DNA of 64,000 nt, taken from Tubiluchus corallicola. Its lineage: Eukaryota; Animalia; Priapulida. The first letter of the stretch is position 1, and the number at the start of each line of letters is the position of its first letter. The notes under the pieces were generated by a model that saw only the letters and a program-made list of their open reading frames with translations, had not been told where the DNA came from and ran no database searches. Location: positions 1 to 64,000 of the forward strand of contig JAQGDQ010000090.1 in assembly GCA_030141605.1 (NCBI GenBank). Direction: 5' to 3'. Of this stretch, positions 1-13,779 are shown piece after piece. Both the position numbers and the translations under genes were made by a program.

Positions 1-1175
1 TGTTTAGGAATCTGACTTTGGGCAGTTCCTTTCACTGTTATGCCGAATTATTTTGCTGGTTTAGGAAGGATGTACATGCATCTGACTGTGACTATGAAAA
101 CATTGAAAACAATGAATTGCACTATGCGGGAAAAAAATTTTTTGACAAGTTTTTTTCTGGGGGAGTTGTTTTTTCTGGGAAATGTATTTTTTTGTGAAAA
201 AAGATTTTCTGGGAAACACTTTTTCTGAGAAACGTAGCTAAACTGAAAAATGGGCATTGCCTTTGCACTGAAAAAAATTAACGTGGCGTGATCATTCAAG
301 GATACTGTGATGTTATTTCTGTATTGCACTTGTAGGCTAAATTTTTTTCGCTATCTTCACCATTTGCCTGTTTAACGATTACCATGTAACTTATAAAGCT
401 ATGAAGTTTTTGTAAGAAAAGAAATAATCATTTTCCTGAGTATGAAAATATATGCAGCTATATGGACCCAGCTATGCAAATGTTGCAAAAATATATCATG
501 TAACAAATATTCGAGATGAGTTTGAGCGAATTAGAGAGTGGCTTCGTCTGAAGGGACCCCATAATTTTATTGGCCTATGGGCTCAAGAGCTCATAATCTG
601 GTCCTGCCCAAAAGGCTGCACCCAAATGTTACGTACGCTGCCCCATGACAGCCTTTGTAGAGTCTTTTTTCAGAACTATTCATTCTGATTATATCCATTA
701 TTATTATCATAAATAAAAGTGGTTGAAATATGTGCCTATGCAAATTTTTTTGCCATGTTTTACCTCAGATGTATTACGAAATTTACATGTGATTTGAACT
801 AGTAATTTTTCATGTGGGTCCATAGAAATTCATAAGCTAGAGATTTAGTTAGCTGCTTAGTAAAAAATTAATGCCAGGCACTAATACATTACAATTTACA
901 GTCAATTTGCTAAATGATCTTCACTGTTGTTAGTATATTTTATTAAGGATATCGCGGTTCTGTCATTGCAGAGAACATAGCCTTATAGCTTCAAACGCTG
1001 TAGAGATAATTCCTCATTTTATTTTGTTTGTAAACTATTGTTAAAATTGTAGACATTGAAAAACCATTTTGTATTTAGCAAAGAAGTATAATAGTTATAA
1101 TTAACACGATGGTCACAGTTTTAACAAATAATGGTAATGTTTCATAAAACACTTACACCCAGTTTTCTTTTGCAG

Positions 1176-1328
1176 CCTAAACCAAAACCTTGTATAAAAA
1201 CTCACGCTATAGATGTTAAAAACCGCCTTGTTTACGAGCACAACTATATTGCTGATAAGAACGGTGCATCGGAAATAGACGCCCTGGTTAGCAATGCTAT
1301 CCCAGTTAGCATCAAAGGGCATAAAATG
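1176..1328 (+). CDS. Unidentified gene, internal exon containing an EHNY HCF-1-binding-type motif
   Basis: ttttgcag acceptor, 153 nt open (PKPKPCIKTHAIDVKNRLVYEHNYIADK...GHKM), atg|gtaagt donor, phase 0-0. Upstream exons not identified. Confidence 0.6.
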
Positions 1329-1812
1329 GTAAGTAATACTCACAGCTCAGGATTAGTAAAGCTCACTAATGGAGCGTTATAACTGAAAGGGAGTTATTAT
1401 GAGACAGGAAATATGAAACCACAAGTTACTTAAATTTCTAGTTTAATGCATTATCCTTTCTGTAATTGAAAAGCATTCTTTTGATTAAATGGTGACTTCT
1501 GTCAAGTTAATGAAATGTTTGGTGCTTATTTCAGCTTAAAGCCCAAGATTAAGGTACAAGATTTTTGTTGTCCATTTTGCACTTACTGACTAGAGTTTGT
1601 TCTTGAAAAGATGAACTTTAAACTCTGTCACTTACATAAATTTAAAAGTAGCAATTGCAATGGATTATTGTCTTATAATTAATAAGAAACTGAATTAAAC
1701 TCTGTTCATGCATTTTCACTTTGTAAAAATTAAGTAGAGGATTTTGATTCATTCAGACTCCATTTACTTCAGACTTATAATGTTTTTATCTATATTCTGA
1801 CTGTGACTGCAG

Positions 1813-1978
1813 CAGCTGTGGACAGAGCCATCTTCTGGTCGTGTACTTTTGCAAAATGAGGACTCCCAGCAACCAACTCAATCCACTGTTATCAATTCTA
1901 CTGCAAACGATGTTTCAAAAACACAGGGTTCGAATGCTGGTACTACGGATGAGATTTTTTCTCATTTATGGGGTAAAA
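1813..1978 (+). CDS. Unidentified gene, internal exon (NAGNAG acceptor at 1813/1816)
   Basis: tgcag|cag acceptor, open frame QLWTEPSSGRVLL...HLWGK, aaaa|gtaagt donor at phase 1, which joins in frame to the exon at 2571. Confidence 0.6.
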
Positions 1979-2570
1979 GTAAGTGATTTATTTTTATTTT
2001 TATTTTTTAGGAATTGTTTAAGTTATTTTTAGAAACGTAATACACGGAACATCTGGCAATCAATATTCCCTTAATATTAACATTGGAGTGTGTCGAGAAA
2101 AATTGATTTTCTGCACAACTCACCAAAAGTTTACCGTGCAGAAATCACTTAATTTTTTTCTGCATTTTATCATTATGTTTTGAACTTTTTGGCAAAAATG
2201 AATTTGTTTTCACTCCAACCTCTCCCTTGCAATGGTTTGAATTATTACAAAGCTATTGAGTGTGAGCATTGAATACCAAGTATAAAAGTGCCTGCCGATA
2301 ATGGTTTCGTGATTTACCACCTCAGCAGGAGTTTGGACCTGACTTGAATGTGGGTCAAGTATACTGGTAAATTTTTCACATTTTCTGGCATTTCTATGCT
2401 TATTTACATTACTTCTTGGTAATCGGGGATTCAGCACCATGGCCAACAGTTTGCAACACGTTGTAGTAAAGCTATTCCTTCTTTGTATTCTTTTGCCAGA
2501 CAGTTATTTATGATTTGAATTGTTCCTTTGCATTCATTTTGCATTGTTTCACATTCGTTTTAATTCACAG

Positions 2571-3610
2571 GCAAAGTCGATCCTTCTTCAGGACACACTT
2601 CATCCCCTTCAAAGAATACCACGTCTCCGCAGCAGCAGATGTCCATCAGAAAACGGAGCACGAAGAAAAAACAAACTATAGCAAAAGGAGTTTTACGGTT
2701 GCCAAAAGATCAGAGCGATGACTTCACTGTAGCAACTAAAATTTTGAGTGACGTTTATACAAAGGATGCCATTCCCACTGACTATGCCTCGTCAGATCAT
2801 GTTCTGGTTATCACAGCAGACTTCAAGTCAAAACGTAAAAAAACGGAAAAGACTCAAAAATTTGTGTTCATGAGCACTAGTAAAGAGCAAGCTGAACAGT
2901 TAAATTTAGAAACTGATAAATGTATTGCTGAAAATGGTACTTCGGGTGCTAGTAATGTAGATGTAAATGCAAGTTTGCATGGAGGTGTGGTAAATGCGAC
3001 TGAAGCTCAAACTGATTCCATGATTGATGCATCTAATAACGTTATTGATTTAGCAGATATTGATCGGAGCGATGAAATAGTGATTACATCCGAAGTTCCT
3101 AGTGATTCATTGGCTTATTTCTTTAGTAATGATATTGACACAGGGCAGTTACATTCCACTGAAAATATAGTTACTGTGAGTGATTTAGCTGATCCTATGC
3201 TTGACACACTTGTTCAAAATGCTAGTTTGCAGGAGGACGTACCAGTTATTAATCCTTTACCAATCACAACAACAATTGTTTCAACACAAAACAAAATGCC
3301 AGAGCAACCATTGGAGGAAACACAAATGGAAACAGGAGGCATAGAAGTTCTTAGTGACTACGATTTTGATGTAAGAGATTCTAAGGATTTGTACGAAGAT
3401 CGAAATCATAGCAGTGTGGTAACATCCAAGTCTGCTGCTAGTTGTATGACTGACTTGTCTACAAATGACATTGATTTATTAGAATCAGAATGCAAGTCCT
3501 TACGAGCTCAGAATCGTAGTTTGCAGGCGGAATTACGTGAGTTACGTACTATATTATTTGCATCTAGCTGTGTGAAATTAAACTACGTTAACTTGAACAG
3601 TTGTTCTTGA
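2571..3610 (+). CDS. Unidentified gene, terminal exon: acidic S/T/D-rich region and C-terminal leucine zipper
   Basis: ttcacag acceptor in phase 1 is in frame with the 323-aa ORF 2639-3610. Basic patches IRKRSTKKK and KSKRKK; heptad LESECKSLRAQNRSLQAELRELRTIL; AATAAA at about 3703. Confidence 0.7.
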
Positions 3611-5297
3611 TTATTTGCAGTAGTCACATTAAATAGCTGTATTTACCGACAAGCAAATTTGGATGCAGAATTTTAAGACAATATTTCCAAGTTTTATTGG
3701 TAAATAAAATAACTATATATAGTATAGTCTGGATATTGTATTCTGATACAGTACATTGAAATTTTATACAAATTATAGGGCAGTAGCTGTCATATTTGTA
3801 ATGATAGAAATTGTGAAAGCTGTGCGGACACTCCAGTGCAGAACCACTGTTATACCTGATGAGAAATGAATTAGCAATTATTTATAATATAATTTGAGGG
3901 GATTTAATGTTAATTTGTTGCAAATGTTGTACTGAAATTTACTTCGAACATAACAGGCAGACTTACCTCTGCTATTTCATGATACTTTAGAGAAATTGAG
4001 TTTTCCTTGTGAGAAAGTAACAAAGCTGTTCGCACATAATCTTGCAATGTGTGTTAGTTGATAAGTGCTTGCACATAATTATTGATAGAGTTTTTGAATT
4101 ATAATTTTTAAACAATTGTTTTGAATTTTAAAATTTTATTCTGCTGATTTTCAATTAATTTGTGACCTCAACAATTTAGTTTCAATTATAAAATGCATGT
4201 AACAAGTAGTAAATTTTGAAACCATAATTATTTGAAACTGGCTACATAAAAGAGCAGCAACTAGATCTATAATGAAAAATTGCTGCAAAATAGGAATTTT
4301 CAAAATGCATTCCAGTATTAATTGTTTTTGTGCTTGTTTTTGTAAATTCTGTTCCTCAAAAATGTTCAGTAGCAGGGAGGATATATGGCATAAATGTAAA
4401 GAATTGTACATTTTGTAACAAGTTTAAACAATTTGGCATGTTGTTAGATATGACCATAAGGATTCTAAAAACCATCGCAAGAAAGTTGGAGGCGACCTTT
4501 GATGACCTGTTTTCACAAAATTCAATATGGGCGCTGTTGCATGACTTAAATTCCATATTTGTTGTCTTGTTTGCACTACATAATTATATAATATGCAAAA
4601 TTTTAGGTTTTGTCGTAAAAAATATGTGTTAGAGTGTAAATTTTGCCTTTTAAAATAATTTTTGAAGTCATAAGCTTATTTTTGACATTTACAAATATTT
4701 AAACTTCGGGACTTAGTAACTTAATCAAGAGAATATCAAATGGGAAACTGACAGAGATAAATGTATATACCTCATCTAAAAAACACAAACAATGTGCGAC
4801 ATTAATATAAAAATTGAAAATGCAGAACTGTAGACACGTGAAATGATAATACAATAGGAGAATGTATGTATAATGTATAAATATGTATGTTACAGAATGT
4901 GTACTGTATAATGTATACTATACTGTTACAGGCACATAAAATTGAAAAGAAGTAAAATGCAAAAACGTACTGGTTATACATAGAAATAATGTTACAATGA
5001 AATGTTGCAATGAAGTGAAAATTATAGGTATGCTGAACATAATCAGACAGTGCAGCACATTGTAAATTATTTAAATAAGAGTTTAGTGAATGAATTAAGA
5101 AAGTTTAGGCCTATTAAATAGGGAGCTGACTGAGATATATTCAAATAGCCTAACATAAAGGATATGCAATATCAACATAAAATTTGAATGTAGAACTACA
5201 TATTGTATAAGACAAAGAACATATAAACATTGACTTGGTAACACACACAGATAATTTATTTAACAGATATAATAGATAAATCTATATAAAAAATATT

Positions 5298-5658
5298 ATA
5301 TATATGTAGATGGGTAATATGAAGCATATTACCAGTATGTTCATCCTATAAGGCATAATGGCATAGTTGTCAAGAAACTAGATTCAATTCGTACAGAAAG
5401 GTCCAGTGTCTGTGATGGAGGGTCTTCTCCATTGCTGTCATGAGTAAGGTGACTAGTAAGTGTTAATTAAGGCAGTATCTATATATGTTCTATATGGTAA
5501 ATATGAAGCATATACCTCAAGTATGTTCATCAGTGTAAGGCACAATGGTATAGTTGTCAAGAAACTGGATTTTAGTTCCCTCAGAAAAATCCAGTGTCAG
5601 TGGTGGAGGATCTTCTCCATTATTGTCATAGTGACTAGTCAGTATTGAGGCAGTACCA
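5298..5658. repeat. About 180-bp degenerate tandem duplication (2 copies)
   Basis: tatatatg..aatatgaagcata..gtatgttcatc..gttgtcaagaaact..ccagtgtc..tcttctccatt..gtgactagt..aggcagta occurs at about 5298-5478 and 5479-5658. Confidence 0.9.
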
Positions 5659-6480
5659 TGGAGTTCCTCATATCTACCTGACTCGTCAAAACTGTCCGCA
5701 GCACAGGTTGAAAATACTTTTCATTTAGTGTTTGAGGACACGTCTACTCGTTGTGTCGGTCCATTTTTTGACTCGGCTTTGGTAAAACATTTCCTCGCTT
5801 CCAAGCCATTATATCAAGTCGATTATGTGATATGGAAACACTCAGCGTGTTGAAAATGCCAATAATCTCCTCCTGCCCATAATTGACATGGAAGTTTCAC
5901 TCAAAGAGGAAAAGAAGTTTCTTTTCCCAGACTGATAGAAATTGAGAGCCTGGCTGCAGGGGCGGAACTAGGGGGGGAGCGAGGGGGGGTCGCCCCCCTT
6001 GTCAAAATTTGCGCCCCCCTGCAAAATCGGACAAATATTTTTTTTTGCAGTGAAAAATTGGTAGCTTCAGCGTATTATTTTCTTAAAACTTGTGTGTGAT
6101 AAATTTCTGTAAATAACAATTTAGTAAGAGGCACGTTAATAACGTTAGGTTAACTGAGAGTTAATTTTCTCATTATTGCTCTGTCCGCTACGCCGTCCTA
6201 CACACGCTAATTATATGCCTGCATGCAGTATAAAAGGGGTTAAAATTGGCTTAACCATTATTTAACCACTTCGGATACCTCGCCCCCCCCCAGAAAATTT
6301 TTGCGCCCCCCCCCTTGCTTGCCACATCTAGTTCCGGCCCTGCCTGGCTGGCTGTATTACTACATATCAGCTGGGAGATTCAGCTAGAAGATATGCCACT
6401 TTATTTCTAGCTTTGATTGTGTCAGGACAATTGTCTATTGGTTCTTCTGTAGAGCTTAATCCTTGAACTTCCGATGGATC
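5480..6480 (-). mobile_element. Decayed Academ-like DNA transposon transposase fragment, interrupted by a hAT MITE
   Basis: Minus-strand translation across stops and frameshifts: YGQEEIIGIFNTLSVSISH, FSTCAADSFDESGRYEELHGTASIL, DNNGEDPPPL..FLDNYTIVP. These resemble remembered Academ motifs (LG.CISY / AADN.D...FHGT / LP..YT.VP). Confidence 0.5.
5957..6342. mobile_element. hAT-type MITE
   Basis: 15-bp TIRs caggggcggaactag / ctagttccggccctg (1 mismatch) and a perfect 8-bp TSD CCTGGCTG at 5949-5956 and 6343-6350. Confidence 0.92.
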
Positions 6481-6669
6481 ATAAAGGGGTTAGTAATTAA
6501 TTCACATAAACAGTTTGAGCTCAATGACCCATTAAAAGGCACTTTTGATAAAAGTTATGCTGGAAAGTCATTTGTATGCCACACTCACGAATATGTCCAA
6601 TGCTGGTGTGTTTTTCGTGTTTTGTATATTTTTAGTAACCAAGTCAGGGTCATCAAGGTTAGTGGGAGT

Positions 6670-6880
6670 TTGAAGTTAAGGCCTTGTCTGTGAAAAACTT
6701 GTTAAAATGTCTGCCACTTTTTTGCGTGAAGTTACCCAAGAATTATTTATTATAGCGATGTTTTCATCGTGTTGACATTTGCTACTCAGCAGTGGCTTAA
6801 TGGTTGACCAAAAGTTTTTGTGATTTTGACCTTGACTGCAACGCTCTCTAAAACACTGCCTCATGGATTTTAGTCCTATT
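6670..6880 (-). mobile_element. LINE ORF2 fragment (CR1/L2-like linker upstream of RT)
   Basis: NHKNFWSTIKPLLSSK...KKVADILTSF motif. Confidence 0.5.
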
Positions 6881-9286
6881 ATTGCGAGAAATACGATAGT
6901 AGAAAAAACACCCCATGTTTACTGTCTGAGGAAAACCATTTTCAAGAAATTTGTTCAAATCGTTTTCTAAGGTTTCATATTTTGTGATGGCATTCGTTGT
7001 TGTATCATGGATATCTCAATTCTTTGTTGGTTCTTCTTTTTTGTTGACAGTAAAACAACGTAAAGCATTGCTAATGGATTTTCTTGTAAAAAACTGCTTT
7101 GGAACTCTTGTTTTTACGACTATTTGTATGAAACTGTGTTAAAGTATTTACTGCGATATGTATAACGTAAGACTACAAAAGGTGTTGTTGCATTAGGGCT
7201 ATTATCGACACATATAACTTTGAAAATAATCTGGTAAGACAAGAAACTCGTGTATGTTTATGACAATTTAAAATTGAACTAAAGAAGTTACTGCAATACT
7301 TTCATCACACCGCTACCAAAAGTATGGCTGCATTAGTCCTAATATAGTGACGTATCTCTTTGAGAATAACATTGTAATACGGAATATTCCCCCAAAATTA
7401 GTTTTTGGTTTCGTACCTCATGGAAAAACTGACATTATACATTTATCTACTGCTTATATGTGATGAGATATCAATGTTATTACTTCACACAATGGCCGTA
7501 CTGACTTTTGTGCATCCAGGTCACGAAAGGCCAGCCACAGCTTGCTCATGATGAATTTTGAAAATGTTAAACCCAAACCTACTTGCATGCCAAATTACAA
7601 AAACTTGGCACCATGCATGGTTCTCATGAATTCCTTTTTCGCTAAAGCTTTTCTCTGGTTTTCTTATGCAAAATGATAAAACCGGGTGGGCACGTGTCAC
7701 CTGGGCAGGAGACATTTGGGTATACCAATGAAATTTAATCTCCCTGATTTATTTCGTTTTCATTAAATTTTTGATGACTCATTATCACAAACTCTTACAA
7801 ACCCTAACTCTTACAAATACTTTTAAAATCCATCACTTTGCTAAATTTTACAGTAATATATGACGTGTCAACGAGAACCAGTCAGTTGACTTTGAACGTG
7901 ATGGTTTTCTACTGTCAGTATTATGTGTAGCTTTTAAAATGAACGAGAAATCCCTGGAAGTTTACGTAAGCATTTTATTGATACTATAATAGTTGTTTCT
8001 AATTTTAATTACACGATCTTACTCACAAAAATAATTACTTTTTCTTACAAAAACTTAAGGTATTTTTTAAATTACGTGCATGGCCAACATTAATCAGACA
8101 ATCTACGAGGATTCTGTATTTTACATCGAATAGAATGCTGTATTCTTCTTATGATTATATATAAAAATATGTTTATCCAAAAATGTATTATTTCATGATG
8201 GAGTTATGTTGGACGTAATATCGCCACGCGCCCAAGTGTCTGGCGCCCGAACGGCCGAGAAATTACGCTAGCTGGAAATATGCTAGAGGCACTTAGAAAT
8301 TAGAGTTTATTCAATATTTCAATTTTGTTTTTTCTATTATTTCGAAAGTGATAAACCATTACTTTGAGTACTGTAAGGAACTTTCCTGGTGTCTCAATGT
8401 TGCTTTATGTTACAGTAACTGTGCACAAGTATTCACTGATTTGGCTGCTTAAAGTTAGTGACTTGTGCGCTACGATTGCTCTGATTATTTTTTCAAACTT
8501 TACAAAATGTTATCCAAACTTGTTTCAAATGACCTGTCGTGAAAATGGCTGCGTCTAACGGTCATCGCGGGAGTTTAAATTTACATGTTTTATATTGCCG
8601 ATTGAAGTCCTGCACGCAAAAAGGCAGCATGTAAGTGATATAAAATTTCAAATCGAATTTTTTATGAATGGTTCTCTTGTGCTTTGATATGTGCTTGTAA
8701 TTCATTTGTTAGTAGTGTAAATTTTTAGCTTCTTGCAATTGTTATTGTTTTATGTAATTTTCTTATGTCTGGTTTCTTTGACATTTGTTATAATTATTAA
8801 AATTAAATTTTTTATTTCATTTTTGCTATTATTTTTGTTAAAATTATTCAAAAATACTCTTGCTTTAAGTAAGATGTGTAAGACAATTTTAATAAAATTT
8901 GGCCAGTGTCAATGCCATGCTGCAATCTAGTTATCCTTCCGTCTTCCCGTGTTCGTGCTATTTACTTTTGGTTCCATGACCATGGTAGACAGACCATGTA
9001 AAGGTTATAAGGCCAGAAGATCAAGAAATGTCAAAACACATTTTTGCTCATAGTGCCCTAATTGTAGTTAGAAGTTGTGTATTTTTCATTTTTATGTATT
9101 TTTGTCATTTATTTTGCAAGGATGATTGTGTTAATGAGAAGGTGTGTGAAATTGAGGTGTATTTTATCCTGAGGAAAGAAAAAATAGAGAAACGTAACAT
9201 TGTCACTTGCTTGGTGTTTGTAGCTAGCGTGTTGTTTCTTGTTTTCGAGATGACGCACTTCAACTCGAAATTAAACTTTATTTTAG

Positions 9287-9482
9287 CTGCATTGCAAATA
9301 ACTCGATTAAGCCGCTTCAAAATAGTTGTAAGCTGTTTGTGCAAACAAGAATGCATAATAGATCCACTGCAAATAACTCGATTAAGCCGCTTCAAAATAA
9401 TACATCCACTGCAAATAAGCCGCTTCAAAATAACCATGAATCTGTAGTTGTAAGCTGCTTATGCAAGTAAGAATGCTTAATA
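9287..9482. repeat. Irregular short tandem repeat
   Basis: tgcaaataactcgattaagccgcttcaaaata occurs 2-3 times; tagttgtaagctg..gcaa..aagaatgc occurs twice. Confidence 0.8.
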
Positions 9483-10999
9483 TATCGAGATATTAGCGTA
9501 TAGTATTGTAAGGTCTGCTGCGCTCACCTTTAAATTAGTTGTACTGGTTTTGAGGAGGTGGAAAACTTGTATAATCAATTCACACGCATTGTTGCAGTGA
9601 GGGGCACTACCTGTTTCATAGTCATGATCTAACAAAACCCTAGTCGCTTTTTTGTCGTTAAGCCTGTTTAACTGTGCACCTACTGATTCACTAACAGACT
9701 AAGTGATTGACTGACGCTGACTGACTGTTGCGAGCAGTGTTATACTGAACGGCTCGTTTGTTTATCTTTTACTCTTTAAAAAATTCCCAATTATTGTTTA
9801 TGTTCTTCCGATAGAGCTCCGTGAAATAAGAATTATATATTACTATTAATAATTATTTCTATTCTTCACAAAAGCTATAATCATATACTGTAGTGAAAAT
9901 ATTGCATTATTTCTGATCTATGCCTGTCCAATGTACGCCAGAGTGATAAAAACGACATTCGCTTCTGCTTACCAGTTTGTTGCGGGATATCGCCTTGTAC
10001 TGAAATTTTTCTAGTTTGACTTAATCAATGTTCTATTGTGTTTAGTTTTGATAATTAATAAACAAAATAAGGAGAATACGCATAAGTGTATTTTTTCCTT
10101 CACTGACTGTCTATCTGTGAATGACTGATTGATTTTAGTGGACAAGCTGACCAACCAGTTGACTGACTGACTAATATGTTGATAAACGATAGATCGATTA
10201 TTTTATTGACAATGGTTGACGGACTGGCTGAACGACTGACCTTCGTAAAAAGAGCATGGACTCATTTAGTACGAAACCAAATCTAATGATATTATGACTT
10301 ACACACAAGATTTACACAGTTATATATGACATTTTTTTAGTTAGCAGGATCAGCACATGAATTGTCAACTGACCAAGCAAGGAATTTGATCATATTAGCC
10401 TTTATATACGGAGAGAAATAGGGCTACATGTCAAGTTGCGATTGGTTATTTCAAAAAATCTTCGTGATAGAAATGATACATTAGTTCTGATATAATTATC
10501 ACTTATGTCGGATTGTATGATATAGTAGTGGTTATATAGTAATTAGTGAAGTTAATTACGTTATCATCTCATTTATCACCTTCATTTACATAGTTTAACA
10601 GAAAATTTTTAGTTTGTGTTCATGTTTAGCAAGATCATTGTAAACAAATCGTTGTAGATTTCAAAATTAAATTCTGTTATTTTTTTAAGTAGTACACCTG
10701 CTGAAATACATGTATACACATCTTTTCTAAGTTATAAAAAGTGGTGTTTGAAATGAAGCCATCGGTGAGAGCAATTCAAGATGACTGTCGGTTCTAATGA
10801 GGTGTCTCTGATAACACTTCAGTTCCGTTGACCATGGTATAGTAAGCCGAAGTGTAAGAAAGAGAAACCTTATAATAGCCTCTAGATATGTTTTCCATAT
10901 TAAGATAAGCACGCACTCTAAATAATAGCTTTGTCAGAACAGAACAGTAATCTTTGTCAGTATCTATAGATATAGGCATTATTTTCCAGCGTCCGTGAC

Positions 11000-11790
11000 A
11001 AGGTTCAGGTTTTAGAAGGTGGGAGGTAAATGTTCTGTAATCACAGTAATGGTGTTTTTAATTTCTGCTCATTTAACTTACTACGAGTTATTGACGAATG
11101 AAAAACTTAGGTGTTTTTTCATGCCCACCAACTGAGAAGCTAACTAGAATAAAAATTCAGATGATCTTAAATGGGAAGTTAAAGTGCTCTGTTGTGTAAA
11201 AAGAAGCTCGCCAGCGTCAGGCGTCTGTACTTTTTAAAACAACTTAAATCATTTAACATTGCCCCTGCTGTGATGGAGAGTTTTTAGCTTTTTATCGGCA
11301 GTTTAACATCACTCTCACTGTTTACCACGCAGGGAGATCACAATGCTCTTCATCAGGTTGTTAAATCCGCTTCAAGAAATAACAGGAATCGAACAGCAAC
11401 CTATGGCACATTTGTAGGAAACGACGGTGGCAAAGAGAGCGCAAGTCATCATTAATGACAAATGTCATCCGGCTAACAAATTTTTTGAAATGCTCCCGTC
11501 TGAGCTCTGGCGTAGATACCATTCACTTTACGCTAAAACCACAAGGACCTTAGATTCTTTCTATTCTGTTGCAGTTCGCACTATCAATAGTGAATTTGAG
11601 TAAATTTGCAATATTCTCTGTATCATTGTGTATAGCTTATTAGCGCTTGTGTGACGACTGACTGAATGTATTTGTTGTTTTAATTTTCTTTTGTTGTAGA
11701 CCGTAGAACCGCAGAAATTTCATTGTGTTTTAATATAATGACAATAAATTGCTCGTCTATTTGTTTGCTTGCTTGCTTACTTACTTACTA
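11000..11790 (+). mobile_element. 5'-truncated LINE 3' end (Rex1/L2-like)
   Basis: DDLKW, LYFLKQLKSFN, INDKCHPANKFFEMLPS, KTTRTLDSFYSVAVR; 3' UTR gaaatttcattgt..aatgacaataaa followed by a (gctt/actt)n tail. Confidence 0.75.
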
Positions 11791-13779
11791 TAGGGCGTAT
11801 TATCGATAAGGTTCTGAATAAGAACTAGTTACAAGTTTTGTGACGTCATAAGTTGATGTAACGTCGAGTTGGCTGTTAACAGCAATTCGAAACATGTGTC
11901 AGCTAATAAAATTAAAAAACACCAAATCAGGTTCGAATGTCTTTTCAGAATGTTAAAAACACCATCTGATTTTAAGCTTCAAAGGCCTTCTGAAAATGCG
12001 TATAGGTATAGGCCTAAGTAAACATAAATGTATAGATGTATTAATTGAATTAATCTTACGTGTTTCTATTGTTTAGCGTTAGTAAAATTTTCATTTCACG
12101 TGAGATTTTATTTATTAGTTTTCCTAAAACATCTGACGGCCCTATGAAAAACTGATGTACAAATAGAACATTTGCGGGCTACGATGACAAAGCCTCGTAT
12201 CTTATGAAACTCTAATAGGCTATACGTGGGCATAGTCATGATAATGTGATACTACTTAGCGATGACGGAGCTGATCTAACATTAGCAACATGAATCAGAT
12301 GACGCTCTTCGTGGCTATCGGCAGATGAAAGCATAAGATGACACGCCTAATGGAAGAAACGTGAATAGGTTGTATATAAACCTAGGTTTATTCATTTTCT
12401 CACCTTTGTCTCTTTATAAACTGCATTAAGCAACATTCATACAATCAGGGTTAAGAATTTCAATACTTGCTTACACATTTAGAATTATTTTCATTTAATT
12501 TAAGTCTAGGAACATTTTCTTTCCCATACCACATGTCAGTCATGTCAAAAGTTTAAGGAGTTTAATATAGGATTCTCTTGTAGGTCAATTAATGATTATA
12601 GCCTATGATTTTGGATAACAAGCTTTTTTATTAGCTTCTTTTTTCACTGACTAGTGCTATGTACGATAATTGTATTTAGCGCAAGAAACATTATTAGTTC
12701 ATCCGCTCTTATACATAATACATCATGAATTGCAAAAGGGTTAAAATGTCGCAACTTGAACTCCACATCTCACTTTCGTCACGAACATATGCTGGTCAGT
12801 AGTGATCACTACTAGCTCATTTATTAACAGTAATTTTGAGTAATAATAGCTTAGTGATAGCTACAGAAAACAGCGCAAAAACAACTGACAACTCTAACTT
12901 ATTTAATACATTAAAAAATAAATGTATGGCAAGTTATTTTTTCTTTTACAACATAATAAAGCTACTATATGTGGCAAGCATATAGCACATCAATGACATT
13001 TTAGGAAATTATAAGCTTAAAGTTTTGAGTTTGTTATTGTTATACAATATGTGATAGTTGGAAATTAAAATTAGCCGAAATAGCCGAGTATTTAAGTAGC
13101 TACAATATCAGCTACATAATGATCAGAGAAGCTGACAGCTAAAAAGAGCTAACTATTCGGTATTAATGCCATGCACCCATCAATATAAAAAAGTGCACAC
13201 GTGACGCGTAGTGTAGATTTTATATTACAGCAAATTACGATTTTACTGTGATAGCACGTTTCTCAGTTTTATCAAATCTAGAGCTGATTAAGCTGAACGT
13301 GGTTATTACTAAGAAGCTGTGTTTGAAACTGTCAACTTGTTAAGTAAGTCTACGCCTTTATGAGCGAATGACTTCATCCAATTAAGTTAATTAAAAGACA
13401 AAATCTGGAAAGTGTACACCTTGTGCAAAATTATTACTCTTGCACAAGGGTTTGAGATTACCAACCTTGGATACTGTCAACTTTAATTATGAGGAAATGA
13501 TCTTTGTGAAACGGGTGACAAGTAAAAGACATGATAAGTGTCCTTTCACATGCAGCTCAGGAAATATACCGACATCTTGAAATTTTATATCATTTTTATA
13601 TAAATCAATCTAATTTTGTAACCTCACTGCAGCCTGCAAACGATATTCATGTTTTGAGTAGGGTTGTGCTAAACTAATAAACAAATTAAAATTTCTTTAA
13701 AATTTACGCTGCGTAAAACTATTAACAAACTAATATTGCTTCTGAACTGATGCTGAGTAAAACTGATGAACTGTGTTAT

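Noticed and set aside
452-688. 78-aa ORF as an upstream exon of the first gene
   Set aside because: No convincing donor or recognisable motif.
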